Assembly: GCA_965224025.1 (NCBI GenBank)
Contig: OZ245033.1
Span: 96,001-160,000, forward strand
Length of the DNA stretch: 64,000 bases
Source of the DNA: Candidatus Multivorans sp.
GTDB taxonomy: Bacteria; Acidobacteriota; Thermoanaerobaculia; Multivoradales; Multivoraceae
Reading direction: 5' to 3'
Both the position numbers and the translations under genes were made by a program. Below the pieces are notes generated by a model, which saw nothing but the letters and a program-made list of their open reading frames with translations, was not told where the DNA came from and did no database searches. Of the stretch, positions 46,862 to 56,371 are shown in pieces; within the stretch, counting starts at the first letter, position 1, and each line of letters starts with the position of its first letter.

Positions 46862-47695
46862 TCACTGAGCTTCGCTCCGCCGACGCAGCCACTCCACCGT
46901 ACTCAACGCCAGCAGCGCGAACCCGATGAGGAAGGTGGCGACGGCCAGCAGCGTGGGGCTGATTTCCTCCCTGATGCCGGACCACATCTGGCGCGGCAAG
47001 GTGCGCTGCTCCAGGCCGCCCATGAAGAGGACGATCACGAGTTCGTCGAACGAAGCGGCGAAGGCGAACAGCGAGCCGGAGATGACGCCCGGCAGGATCA
47101 ACGGCAGTTGCACCCGGCGGAACGCGACCAGGGGGTTCGCCCCCAGGTTCGCCGCGGCGCGCATGACCGTCCAGTCGAAACCGGCCAGGGTCGCGCTCAC
47201 GGTGATCACGACAAAGGGCGCTCCGAACACGGCGTGCGCGAGGATGATCCCGATGTAGGTCTGCGAAAGCCCCAGGCTCGAGTAGAAGAAGAACATTCCG
47301 ACGCCGGCGATGATCACCGGCGTGATCATGGGCGAGATGAGGAGCGACGAGACCATTCGGCGACCGGGCATCGCCGGATGCGCCAGGCCCAACGCCGCGG
47401 CCGCGCCCAGCACGGTGGCGACGACGGTCGCCGAGATGCCGATGATCAGGCTGTTCACGATCGGGCGCGTCCACTCGTCGCCGTCGAAGACGCTCCGGTA
47501 CCAGCGGAGCGAGTACGCCTCCGGGTCGAGCCGCAGCATGCCCTCGGTGAAGGTGAAGTACGGTTCGGCGTTGAAGCTGAGCGGAACGAGGACCAGGATC
47601 GGCGCGATCAGGAACACGAACGCGGCGACGCAGAACGCCAGGTAGCCCCAGCGAGCGGCGCGGTACCCGGGACTCAGGGCCGCGTGAGTTCTCAT
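46862..47695 (-). CDS. Polyamine-type ABC transporter permease (PotC-like)
   Basis: YSLRWY, AAANLGA, FAASFDE, TLPRQMW. Confidence 0.9.
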   Translation of the reverse strand: MRTHAALSPGYRAARWGYLAFCVAAFVFLIAPILVLVPLSFNAEPYFTFTEGMLRLDPEAYSLRWYRSVFDGDEWTRPIVNSLIIGISATVVATVLGAAAALGLAHPAMPGRRMVSSLLISPMITPVIIAGVGMFFFYSSLGLSQTYIGIILAHAVFGAPFVVITVSATLAGFDWTVMRAAANLGANPLVAFRRVQLPLILPGVISGSLFAFAASFDELVIVLFMGGLEQRTLPRQMWSGIREEISPTLLAVATFLIGFALLALSTVEWLRRRSEAQ

Positions 47696-48972
47696 GACCC
47701 GAGTCCGATCCGGTCGATGCCGACCAGGCGGTCGTAGACGACGTACAGCGTGGTGACGCCGGCCAGAAGAAGCGCGGCCAACGCTGCCGCCAGACCCCAG
47801 TTGAGGGACGTCTGGACGTGGTAGGCGATCATGTTGGAGATCAACTGCCCGCTCTGACCGCCGACCAGTGCGGGAGTGATGTAGTAGCCGATCGCCAGGA
47901 TGAAGGTGAGCAGGCAACCGGCGCCGACGCCGGGCAGCGTTTGCGGCCAGTAGACCCGGCGGAGCGCCTGGATCGGATTCGCCCCGAGCGAAGCGGCCGC
48001 ATTCATGTACGCCGGCGGAATCGAACGCATCACCGAGTAGAGCGGCAGCACCAGGAACGGCAGCAGCACGTGCGTCATCGCGATGAAGGTGCCAGTCATG
48101 TTGTAGATCATCGCGATCCGGCCCTCGTCGCCGATCAGACCGATGGCGACCAGGAAGTCGTTGATCACGCCCTGGGTCTGGAGCAGCACGATCCACGACG
48201 TCGTCCGCACCAGCAGCGAGGTCCAGAACGGCAGCAGGACGAGCACCAGCAGCACATTCGCGCGTCGCGGCGGCGAGTTGGCGATCAAGTGCGCGATGGG
48301 ATAACCGATCACCAGGCACAGCAACGTGACGCCGAGGCTCACTTTCAGGGTGCGCCAGAACAGGGGCACGTAGATGCGCCACTCCTCGGCCTGGCGGACG
48401 TAGCCGCCGTCGGGATTCCGCTCGAAGTCGAGCGCCTTCATGTAGTGGCGAGCCGTCAACCGTTGTCCGGCAGCGCGGAGCGCGCGCCACGGCTCGGGCG
48501 TTCCCCAACGGGGATCGATGTCGTTCATCGTTTGACGCCAGAACGCGCCGTCCATCCTCGTACCCGCCGCCTCCGCGGCGGCCGCCGCCTCGACCATCTG
48601 CCGCGACCCGCCCATGATCACGCTGCGCATGCCGCTCACGACGCGGTTGACCCGGTTCGCCGTACGGCCGAGTGTGCGCGCCGTCCGCGCCGCGACGAAC
48701 TCGCGAGCTGTCGTCGCAAAGACCTCGTCGGGAGGGGCGCCGTCGCCTTCCCACTGACGCAGCGCCGCCATCGTCTCCGGCAGAGCATCGGCGACCTCGG
48801 GATCGTAGAAGCTCTTCGCCAGCAGGCTGACCATGGGGCCGACGAAGGTCACCGTCACGAACGCAACCAGCGGCAGAGCCAATCCGACCGCCCGCAGCCG
48901 CGGCCCGAGCGCCCGCCGCCACGGCGGCCGAGCAGCCGGCGTGCTGCCTGTCGAAGATCCTTCTGATGTCAC
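47692..48972 (-). CDS. Polyamine-type ABC transporter permease (PotB-like)
   Basis: LLPFWTSLLVRT, LLPFLVLPLYSVM, AASLGA, GYYITPALVGG. Confidence 0.9.
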   Translation of the reverse strand: MTSEGSSTGSTPAARPPWRRALGPRLRAVGLALPLVAFVTVTFVGPMVSLLAKSFYDPEVADALPETMAALRQWEGDGAPPDEVFATTAREFVAARTARTLGRTANRVNRVVSGMRSVIMGGSRQMVEAAAAAEAAGTRMDGAFWRQTMNDIDPRWGTPEPWRALRAAGQRLTARHYMKALDFERNPDGGYVRQAEEWRIYVPLFWRTLKVSLGVTLLCLVIGYPIAHLIANSPPRRANVLLVLVLLPFWTSLLVRTTSWIVLLQTQGVINDFLVAIGLIGDEGRIAMIYNMTGTFIAMTHVLLPFLVLPLYSVMRSIPPAYMNAAASLGANPIQALRRVYWPQTLPGVGAGCLLTFILAIGYYITPALVGGQSGQLISNMIAYHVQTSLNWGLAAALAALLLAGVTTLYVVYDRLVGIDRIGLGS

Positions 48973-48988
48973 GGCTTCACGCCGCCCC

Positions 48989-50137
48989 TCACCGCGCCAG
49001 CCACGCGGCGAACCGTTCCTGCATCTCGTCGCTGTGATCCGCCCACCACTCCCAGTCGGCCATCAGGAAGTTCTTCATGTTCTCCGGATTCGTCGGCATA
49101 TGTGGCCACATGTCCGTGCCGGTTTCCGCCTGCCGGTCGATCAGCGGTTGGCCGGAGTGCCGCGCCGGGCTGTACGAGATGTAGCGCCCCACACCTGCCA
49201 TCGACTCGGAACGGGCGGCGTGCCTCACGAACCGGAGCGCGTCTTCGAGCTTCGGCGTGCCGGCAACGACGACGAGTTGGCCGCGGTCCATGATCTGGCC
49301 ATCCCAGACGATCACGAAGGGCTGCCCCTCGAGCACCTGGGCGTTGAAGATACGCCCGTTCCAGGCCGTGCTCATGACCACTTCGCCGTCCGCGAGGAGC
49401 TGGGGCGGCTGAGCGCCCGCTTCCCACCACACGACTTCGTCCTTGATCGTGTCCAGCTTGCGGAAGGCACGGTCGAGGCCCTCCGGGGTCGACAGCAGCT
49501 CGTAGACCCGCTGCTTGGCCACACCGTCCGCCAGGAGCGCGAACTCCAGGTTCGCGTCGGGCCTCCGGTTCATTCCCCGCCGACCTGGAAAGCGCTCCAG
49601 GTCGAAGAAGTCGGCGATCGTCGTCGGTGGCGGCCCGCGCAGGGTCTCCGGGTTGTAGGCGTAGATCGTCGAGAACAGCAGCGTGCCCACGCCGCATTCC
49701 GTGTTCGTCTCGGGCAGGAAGTCCTCCGCCGGCGGTTCACCGTTCGGGCCGGGCGGCAAGATCGAAGGGTCGATCAGTTCCAGGATGCCTTCGTCGCAGC
49801 CGGTCACGGACTCGGACACGTTCATATCGACCACGTCCCAGTGGACCGATCCCGCCTCGACCTGCGCCCGGATCTGGGCGAGACCGCCGTTGTAGTCCTC
49901 CAGGTTCGCCCTGATGCCCGTTTCGGCGGTGAACGACTCGTGATAGCCCTTGACGCAGGCGCGGGCATAGGAACCTCCGAACGAGACGACGGTGATCGAT
50001 CGATCGTCCGTGACCTCGTCCGCGACCGGCGCCTGGATGTCCGACGGGCCTCCGGAGGGCCCGCAGCCAGCCATCAGGGCGGCCGCTGCCGCGGCTACGA
50101 AGCCCACCGCGAGAATGCGGCCGGCGGCCGTTCTCAC
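48989..50137 (-). CDS. Polyamine-type ABC substrate-binding lipoprotein (PotD-like)
   Basis: MAGC lipobox; VVSFGGSY; AQVEAGSVHWDVVD; QLLADGEV; WNGR. Confidence 0.88.
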   Translation of the reverse strand: MRTAAGRILAVGFVAAAAAALMAGCGPSGGPSDIQAPVADEVTDDRSITVVSFGGSYARACVKGYHESFTAETGIRANLEDYNGGLAQIRAQVEAGSVHWDVVDMNVSESVTGCDEGILELIDPSILPPGPNGEPPAEDFLPETNTECGVGTLLFSTIYAYNPETLRGPPPTTIADFFDLERFPGRRGMNRRPDANLEFALLADGVAKQRVYELLSTPEGLDRAFRKLDTIKDEVVWWEAGAQPPQLLADGEVVMSTAWNGRIFNAQVLEGQPFVIVWDGQIMDRGQLVVVAGTPKLEDALRFVRHAARSESMAGVGRYISYSPARHSGQPLIDRQAETGTDMWPHMPTNPENMKNFLMADWEWWADHSDEMQERFAAWLAR

Positions 50138-51276
50138 CACTCTTCCTCGTCCTCGCCGAGCTCCTCGGGCACGAGCGCCCGGCAGTCCAGGGCCGCCCAG
50201 CCGACTGTCACCGTGTCGCCCGGCAGCACGGCGCCGTGGCCCACGATGTTCGGGATCTTGGCGATGAAGCCGGAGCAGCCGCCAACCGTCATGCGAACCC
50301 GCAGGTGGTCGCCGAGGAAGATCATGTCGTCGATCCGCGTCTCGACCTCGTTCCGATAGCGGCCAGGGCGCGCCGAAACCGCTACCCGCTCCGGCCGGAT
50401 GACCACGGTCGCCCGCGCGCCCGGCGGACACAGGCCGAGGCTCATCGCCCTGACTTGGAACCCTCCGACATCGACTTCGCAGACGCCGTCGCCCTCGCTC
50501 ACGACGACGCCGTCCAGGCGGTTGTTCTCGCCGATGAACCGGGCGACGAAGGCCCGCTCGGGTTCCTCGTAGAGAACCTCAGGCGCCGCCGCCTGCTCGA
50601 TCATGCCGTTGTGGAACACCGCCACCCGATCGGACAGCGTCATCGCCTCCTGCTGGTCGTGGGTCACGTAGACGACGGTCACGCCCAGGGCCGAGTGGAT
50701 GCGCCGGATCTCGTACTGCATCTCTTCGCGCAGGCGCCGGTCGAGGGCGCCCAGGGGTTCGTCCATCAGTACGAGTTCCGGCTCGAAGACCAGGGCACGG
50801 GCGATCGCCACGCGCTGCTGCTGGCCGCCCGAGAGTTGCGACGGCTTCCGGTCCTCCAGCCCCTCGAGCTGCACCAGGCTCAGCGCCCGCGCGACCCGCT
50901 CCCTGCGCAGCGCCGGCTCGACCCCGCGGACCTCGAGCGGGAAGGCCAGGTTGCCGCCCACCGTCATGTGCGGAAACAGCGCGTAGTTCTGGAACACCAT
51001 GCCGATGCCGCGCTTGTGCGGCGGCTGATCCTGAATTGGCTGGCCGCCGATCAGGATCGTTCCGGCGGTCGTCGCCTCGAATCCGGCGAGCATCATCAGG
51101 CAGGTCGTCTTGCCGGAGCCGGAAGGCCCGAGCAGGGTCAGGAACTCGCCCCTCTCGACCGCAAGGTCCAGGCCCAGCACGACCAGGTTGCGGCCATCGT
51201 AGCTCTTGTCTACGCCCACGAACTCGACGTGGGGAACGGCGCTCTCGGCGCGCTCGTCAGAGGGCGGGACGTCCAC
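50134..51276 (-). CDS. Polyamine-type ABC ATPase (PotA-like)
   Basis: GPSGSGKTT, LSGGQQQR, MDEP, VTHDQ, TOBE tail. Confidence 0.93.
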   Translation of the reverse strand: MDVPPSDERAESAVPHVEFVGVDKSYDGRNLVVLGLDLAVERGEFLTLLGPSGSGKTTCLMMLAGFEATTAGTILIGGQPIQDQPPHKRGIGMVFQNYALFPHMTVGGNLAFPLEVRGVEPALRRERVARALSLVQLEGLEDRKPSQLSGGQQQRVAIARALVFEPELVLMDEPLGALDRRLREEMQYEIRRIHSALGVTVVYVTHDQQEAMTLSDRVAVFHNGMIEQAAAPEVLYEEPERAFVARFIGENNRLDGVVVSEGDGVCEVDVGGFQVRAMSLGLCPPGARATVVIRPERVAVSARPGRYRNEVETRIDDMIFLGDHLRVRMTVGGCSGFIAKIPNIVGHGAVLPGDTVTVGWAALDCRALVPEELGEDEEEW

Positions 51277-51285
51277 GAGGCCGCG

Positions 51286-51293
51286 ACTATACT
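51286..51293. promoter_or_regulatory. Overlapping divergent -10 boxes (TATAGT minus, TATACT plus)
   Basis: actatact in the 52-nt gap between the ABC ATPase and boxC. Confidence 0.45.
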
Positions 51294-51328
51294 TGCCACT
51301 TGCCGTTTCCGGTCCGTCAGATCAGCAG

Positions 51329-53044
51329 ATGACCACCCAAGCCGCCGCGGACGACCCCTCGTCCGGCAGCACTGGAACCGGGACACCCGCGGATGAACTC
51401 ATCGATTTCCGCACGGCCCCGGACCGTTACCGGCACTGGCGACTCGATATCGCACCGCCGCTCGCCTTCCTGACTCTCGAAGTCGACGAGCAGGCGGGGC
51501 TCAGGCCCGGCTACCAGCTCAAGCAGAACTCCTACGACCTCGGCGTCGACTTCGAGCTCTACGACGCGACCCAGCGGCTGCGCTTCGAGCACCCGGAGGT
51601 CCACGCCGTGGTGCTCCGCTCCGGCCGGGAGCGAATCTTCTGCGCCGGCGCGAACATCGGCATGCTCGGCGGCTCTTCCCACCAGTTGAAGGTCAACTTC
51701 TGCAAGTTCACGAACGAGACTCGGCTGGGGATCGAGGACGCCAGCCGGTACTCGGGCCAGCGCTACCTGTGCGCCGTCAAGGGCACGGCGGCCGGCGGCG
51801 GCTACGAACTGGCACTCGCCTGCGACCGCATCCTGCTCGCCGACGACGGCAGTTCCGCGGTCTCCCTGCCGGAGGTGCCTCTGTTGGGCGTCCTGCCCGG
51901 CACCGGCGGACTGACTCGCCTGCTCGACAAGCGCCGGGTGCGCCGCGACCTGGCCGACCTCTTCTGCACGCTCGAAGAAGGCGTGAAGGGCCGGCGGGCG
52001 GTGGACTGGAACCTGGTCGACGAGTTGCTTCCGCGGTCTTCCTTCGACGACGACGCCGCGGCCCGCGCGCAGCAGTTGGCCGCACAGAGCGACCGCCCCA
52101 CGGAGGCCGGCGGGACGGCCTGGCCCGCGATCGAACCGGCGTTGGGAACCGACACGCTCACCTACTCCACGCTGAGGATCGAGTTCGACCGCGCCCTCGG
52201 CGTGGCCCACCTGACCGTCCTCGGGCCGACCGAACCGCCGCCCACGGCCGGCGCCGCGGCACTCGCCGAGGGCGCCGGCTTCTGGCCCCTCACCCTGGCG
52301 CGCGAACTCGACGACGCCCTGCTCCACCTGCGGCTCAACGAGACCCGGCTCGGTCAACTCGTGATCCACTCCCGCGGCGAACTGGAAGCGGTCGCCGCGT
52401 TCGACGAACTCCTGCACCGGGACCGCGGCGACTGGTTCCTGCGCGAAGTCCTGCTGTACTGGAAGCGGGTGCTCAAGCGGATCGATCTCACCGCCCGCAG
52501 CGTCTTCACCCTGATCGAGCCCGGAAGCTGCTTCGCCGGCTTCCTGCTGGAGCTGGCGCTGGCCGCGGACCGCTCATACATGTTCGAGGGCGAGGCCGAG
52601 GACGGCGCCCCCGCGCCACACGTCCAACTCGGCGAGTTGAGCTTCGCCGCGCTCCCGATGCCGAACGGCCTGAGCCGGCTCGAGACCCGGTTTCTGGGCC
52701 AGCCGGAAGCCGCGGACCGGCTGCGCGAGCTGATCGGGAAGCCACTGGACGCCGAGGTCGCCGAACGGGCCGGCCTGGTCACCGAAGTGCTCGACGATCT
52801 GGACTGGGACGACGAGGTCCGCATCGCTCTCGAGGAGCGGGCCAGCTTCTCACCCGACGCGCTGACCGCGATGGAAGCCAACCTCCGCTTCCCCGGCCCA
52901 GAGACCCTCGAGAGCAAGATCTTCGGCCGCTTGAGCGCGTGGCAGAACTGGATCTTCCAGCGTCCGAACGCGGTCGGCGATCAGGGAGCGCTCCGCCTCT
53001 ACGGCACCGGCCGCCGGCCCCGCTTCGACCGCGAGCGCGTCTGA
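51329..53044 (+). CDS. boxC: 2,3-epoxybenzoyl-CoA dihydrolase
   Basis: YRHWRL, NSYDLGVD, FCAGANI, KVNFCKFTNETR, IFGRLSAWQNWIFQRPNA. Confidence 0.95.
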   Translation: MTTQAAADDPSSGSTGTGTPADELIDFRTAPDRYRHWRLDIAPPLAFLTLEVDEQAGLRPGYQLKQNSYDLGVDFELYDATQRLRFEHPEVHAVVLRSGRERIFCAGANIGMLGGSSHQLKVNFCKFTNETRLGIEDASRYSGQRYLCAVKGTAAGGGYELALACDRILLADDGSSAVSLPEVPLLGVLPGTGGLTRLLDKRRVRRDLADLFCTLEEGVKGRRAVDWNLVDELLPRSSFDDDAAARAQQLAAQSDRPTEAGGTAWPAIEPALGTDTLTYSTLRIEFDRALGVAHLTVLGPTEPPPTAGAAALAEGAGFWPLTLARELDDALLHLRLNETRLGQLVIHSRGELEAVAAFDELLHRDRGDWFLREVLLYWKRVLKRIDLTARSVFTLIEPGSCFAGFLLELALAADRSYMFEGEAEDGAPAPHVQLGELSFAALPMPNGLSRLETRFLGQPEAADRLRELIGKPLDAEVAERAGLVTEVLDDLDWDDEVRIALEERASFSPDALTAMEANLRFPGPETLESKIFGRLSAWQNWIFQRPNAVGDQGALRLYGTGRRPRFDRERV

Positions 53045-53081
53045 CCAGGACCCCGCAATCTCCCCCGGAGCACCCGACTCG

Positions 53082-54545
53082 ATGACGATTACAGGCAGCA
53101 CCGTCGACTACGATTTCCTGATTCCGAACAACGTCGCCCTCGCGTCGGACGCCCGCGTCCGTCGCGGCCTCGAGCGCTGGCATCCAGGCTACATCGACTG
53201 GTGGATGGACATGGGGCCCGACGGCTTCCAGACATCGGACGTCTACCTGCGCACCGCGGTGCGGGTCGAGTCCAAAGGCCGGGAGAAGTGGGCCGTGTTC
53301 GACTACGTGAAGATGCCCGACTACCGCTGGGGCATCCTGCTGGCGCCCCAGGCCCCGGACCGAAAGATCCCCTTCGGCCGGCACTGCGGCGAGCCGGCCT
53401 GGCAGGAGATCCCGGGCGAGTACCGGGCCATGCTGCGACGCCTGATCGTGATTCAGGGCGACACCGAGCCGGCGTCCGTCGAGCAGCAGCGCTTCCTGGG
53501 CAAGACGGCCCCCTCGCTCTACGACATGCGCAACCTGTTCCAGGTCAACGTCGAAGAGGGCCGCCACCTGTGGGCGATGGTCTACCTGCTGCAGAAGTAC
53601 TTCGGCCGCGACGGCCGCGAGGAGGCTGGCGAACTGCTTCGGCGGCGCTCCGGCTCGGACGACGCGCCGCGCATGCTCGGCGCCTTCAACGAGGAGACGC
53701 CGGACTGGCTCTCCTTCTTCCTGTTCACCTTCTTCACCGACCGCGACGGCAGGATGCAGCTTGAGTCGCTCGCCCAGTCCGGCTTCGACCCGCTGTCGCG
53801 GACCTGCCGTTTCATGCTCACCGAGGAGGCGTTCCACATGTTCGTCGGCGAGACCGGCGTCACCCGGATCGTGCAGTGCACCTGCGAGGCGATGCAAGCG
53901 GCCGGCATCGACGATCCGGCCGACATCGAGGCGGTGCGGGCCCTGGGCGTGATCGACCTGCCGACGATCCAGAAGAAGGTGAACCTGCACTACTCGCTGA
54001 CCCTCGACCTGTTCGGCTCCGAGCTGTCCACGAACTCGGCGAACTTCTTCAACGCCGGCCTCAAGGGCCGTTTCCGCGAGCACCGGCTGGAGGACGACCA
54101 CCGGCTGCACGAGGCCACGTACGGCATCCCCGAACCGGCCAACGGCGGCTGGACCGTCGTCCAGCATCCGGCCTTGAACGCGCTGAACGCGCGGCTGCGC
54201 GACGACTTCACGGAGGACTGCAACCTCGGCGTCGGCCGATGGAACAAGGCGATCAGCCAGTCCGGCGTCGACTTCGAGCTCAAGCTTCCCCACGTCGCCT
54301 TCCACCGGCAGATCGGCGTCTACCGCGACCTGCACGCGACGCCCGCGGGCGAACTGATCACCGAGGACGACTGGCAGGGTCAACGAGGCGACTGGCTGCC
54401 CGACGACAGCGACCGCGCCTTCATCGAGTCGTTGATGAAGGCGGAGTTCCGGCCCGGCCGCTACGCCTCCTGGATCGCGGAACCCAGGATCCGGATCAAC
54501 CACAAGCCCGGCGACTTCGAGTGGGTCAAACTGGCTGAGGCATAG
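53082..54545 (+). CDS. boxB: Benzoyl-CoA 2,3-epoxidase subunit B (di-iron)
   Basis: IPNNV, YVKMPDYRWGI, QGDTEPASVEQQ, VEEGRH, EEAFH. Confidence 0.95.
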   Translation: MTITGSTVDYDFLIPNNVALASDARVRRGLERWHPGYIDWWMDMGPDGFQTSDVYLRTAVRVESKGREKWAVFDYVKMPDYRWGILLAPQAPDRKIPFGRHCGEPAWQEIPGEYRAMLRRLIVIQGDTEPASVEQQRFLGKTAPSLYDMRNLFQVNVEEGRHLWAMVYLLQKYFGRDGREEAGELLRRRSGSDDAPRMLGAFNEETPDWLSFFLFTFFTDRDGRMQLESLAQSGFDPLSRTCRFMLTEEAFHMFVGETGVTRIVQCTCEAMQAAGIDDPADIEAVRALGVIDLPTIQKKVNLHYSLTLDLFGSELSTNSANFFNAGLKGRFREHRLEDDHRLHEATYGIPEPANGGWTVVQHPALNALNARLRDDFTEDCNLGVGRWNKAISQSGVDFELKLPHVAFHRQIGVYRDLHATPAGELITEDDWQGQRGDWLPDDSDRAFIESLMKAEFRPGRYASWIAEPRIRINHKPGDFEWVKLAEA

Positions 54546-54567
54546 AGACCAACGGCCTGGCGACCTG

Positions 54568-54858
54568 ATGAGCAGCCCAAGCGATGGCACCGACCTGGTG
54601 CGCGAGGCGGAGCAGGAACTCGAGCGGCTGATCGCATCCTCGGCGGCCGACACCGCAGCACGAGCCTGCGACACCGCTGCACGAACCTGGCAGGCGGCCG
54701 CCGTGGCCATTCGCCATGCTCGAAGATGGTCGCGTCGCTTCGGGGATGACGACGATTGGGAGGCCCTTGCCGACGTACGTCTCGATTGGCCGGATGTCCT
54801 CGAGGAACGGCACGGGAGCAGCCAATGGCACTGCCTCAGAACCAAACTGAGACACTAA
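54568..54858 (+). CDS. Hypothetical protein
   Basis: 96-aa ORF between boxB and the TA-like pair; no motif recognised. Confidence 0.35.
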   Translation: MSSPSDGTDLVREAEQELERLIASSAADTAARACDTAARTWQAAAVAIRHARRWSRRFGDDDDWEALADVRLDWPDVLEERHGSSQWHCLRTKLRH

Positions 54859-54971
54859 CGGTGCGGCCAGCAGCTTGACCGACGATGAGCCGTGCTGCAG
54901 ACTAAGAGGCTTGCTGCTCGCCGACGGCCCTCCAACTGCTAGGCCGCAGCCGCTTCGCCCCAGGAGATGAC

Positions 54972-55451
54972 ATGACCGAGTACGCACTGTTCTTCGAGAG
55001 TGGCGGTCCCGTCCTCGGCGAGGGCTACATCGTCTCGGTTCGCGTGCGCGGCCGGGCCTTGGCGATCCGCGATGACGAAGACGGCGAGTTCCAGCTCAGC
55101 GGAGTGAATCCGGGTAGCCTCCTAGGGTTCGGGCGAACGCTGAACGAGGCTTACCAGGAGTTCGTCGAGTCGCTACGATGCGTACTCATCGACATCGCGT
55201 CAGATGCGCCGAGCTTCGAGGACTTTCGTCGGGAAGCCCAGGACTTCTTCCATACGGAGGATCCTCGATCCGAGACAAGGTGGGATGCAGCGCGGGAGCG
55301 GGTTCGGAGAGGAGAAACGCCGAACGAGCTGAATCTCAGGCTGGAGAGTTCGACGCCTGATCTTGGCATCGACGTTCAGCACGTAGAGGTGCCATCGCTT
55401 TCCGCCAACGCTCCCGCGCAGCAACTGTCGCCAAGCGCGGTCGCCGCCTGA
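54972..55451 (+). CDS. HicB-like putative antitoxin
   Basis: AGGAG RBS; acidic; PGSLLGFGRTLNEAYQEFVESL resembles the HicB RNase-H-fold G-x-T-x-x-E-A motif. Confidence 0.5.
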   Translation: MTEYALFFESGGPVLGEGYIVSVRVRGRALAIRDDEDGEFQLSGVNPGSLLGFGRTLNEAYQEFVESLRCVLIDIASDAPSFEDFRREAQDFFHTEDPRSETRWDAARERVRRGETPNELNLRLESSTPDLGIDVQHVEVPSLSANAPAQQLSPSAVAA

Positions 55452-55469
55452 AGCGACCCAGCGGGTTCG

Positions 55470-55721
55470 ATGGCTACCAGGGGATTCGTACGCCTGAGCG
55501 CGATCTGGCGCATGCTCGACCTGTGTGCTCCTGGTCACGAACGGGTTCTGAAGACCCACCGATGGTGGGTCACATGGCACGGACGGACCTTCCGGGGCCT
55601 CCCCAAGGGACCCGGGCGCAACCAGAACGCTGAGGTTCGCTTTCAGTACGTCCAGAAACTGGTCGCCGTCCTCGAGATCGACCCCGATTGCGCGGCCGGG
55701 TCCTTCCGTCAGACGCTCTGA
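55470..55721 (+). CDS. HicA-like putative toxin
   Basis: 83 aa, basic; helix then KTHRWWV beta-hairpin; size and fold pattern HicA-like. Confidence 0.45.
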   Translation: MATRGFVRLSAIWRMLDLCAPGHERVLKTHRWWVTWHGRTFRGLPKGPGRNQNAEVRFQYVQKLVAVLEIDPDCAAGSFRQTL

Positions 55722-55731
55722 ACTCGACGCG

Positions 55732-56313
55732 CTACGGGTACAGCAGGCCCATCCGCCACGAGTCACCCTCCCGCTCGTAGTAAGTCCGGTCGTGGAGCCG
55801 GTGCTCCCGGGCGACCCAGAACTCAAAGCGCCGGGGCACGACTCTGAGCCCCGTCCAGTGCAGCGGACGGGGCACCTCGAGGCCGGAAAAGCGCTCGCTC
55901 ACGCGCTCGAAATCAGCGAGAAGCTGTTCCCGGCTCGCCAGGGGCCGGCTCTGCCGGGATGCCCACGCGCCGACCTGGCTGTTCCGGCTGCGAGTCGCGA
56001 AGTAGGCGTCGGCCTCGGCGTCGCCGACCCGCTCGGCGCGGCCGAAGATCGACACCTGTTCCTTCGGCTCACGCCAGAAGAAGTTCAGGCTCACGTCCGG
56101 CCGCGCGAGAATCTCCCGGCCCTTGCGGCTCTCCAGGTTCGTGTAGAAGACGAAGCCCTCGCGGTCGAAGTGCTTGAGCAGCACGACCCGTGACGACGGG
56201 CGGCCCTGCTCGTCGGCACTTGATACGACCATCGCGTTCGGCTCGGCGAGGCCGGTGGCCGAGGCGCGCTCGAAGAGGCCGCGGAAGCGGTCGAAGGGGT
56301 CGCTCACAGTCAC
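55732..56313 (-). CDS. pdxH: Pyridoxamine 5'-phosphate oxidase
   Basis: EPNAM, RVVLLK, FYTNLESRKG, SQVGAWASRQS, EFW...RLHDR. Confidence 0.95.
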   Translation of the reverse strand: MTVSDPFDRFRGLFERASATGLAEPNAMVVSSADEQGRPSSRVVLLKHFDREGFVFYTNLESRKGREILARPDVSLNFFWREPKEQVSIFGRAERVGDAEADAYFATRSRNSQVGAWASRQSRPLASREQLLADFERVSERFSGLEVPRPLHWTGLRVVPRRFEFWVAREHRLHDRTYYEREGDSWRMGLLYP

Positions 56314-56371
56314 GATCGAACTCTCACCGATCAGGCGGCTGGAGCCAAGCCTCCGCCAGCCCGGCGCCTGC

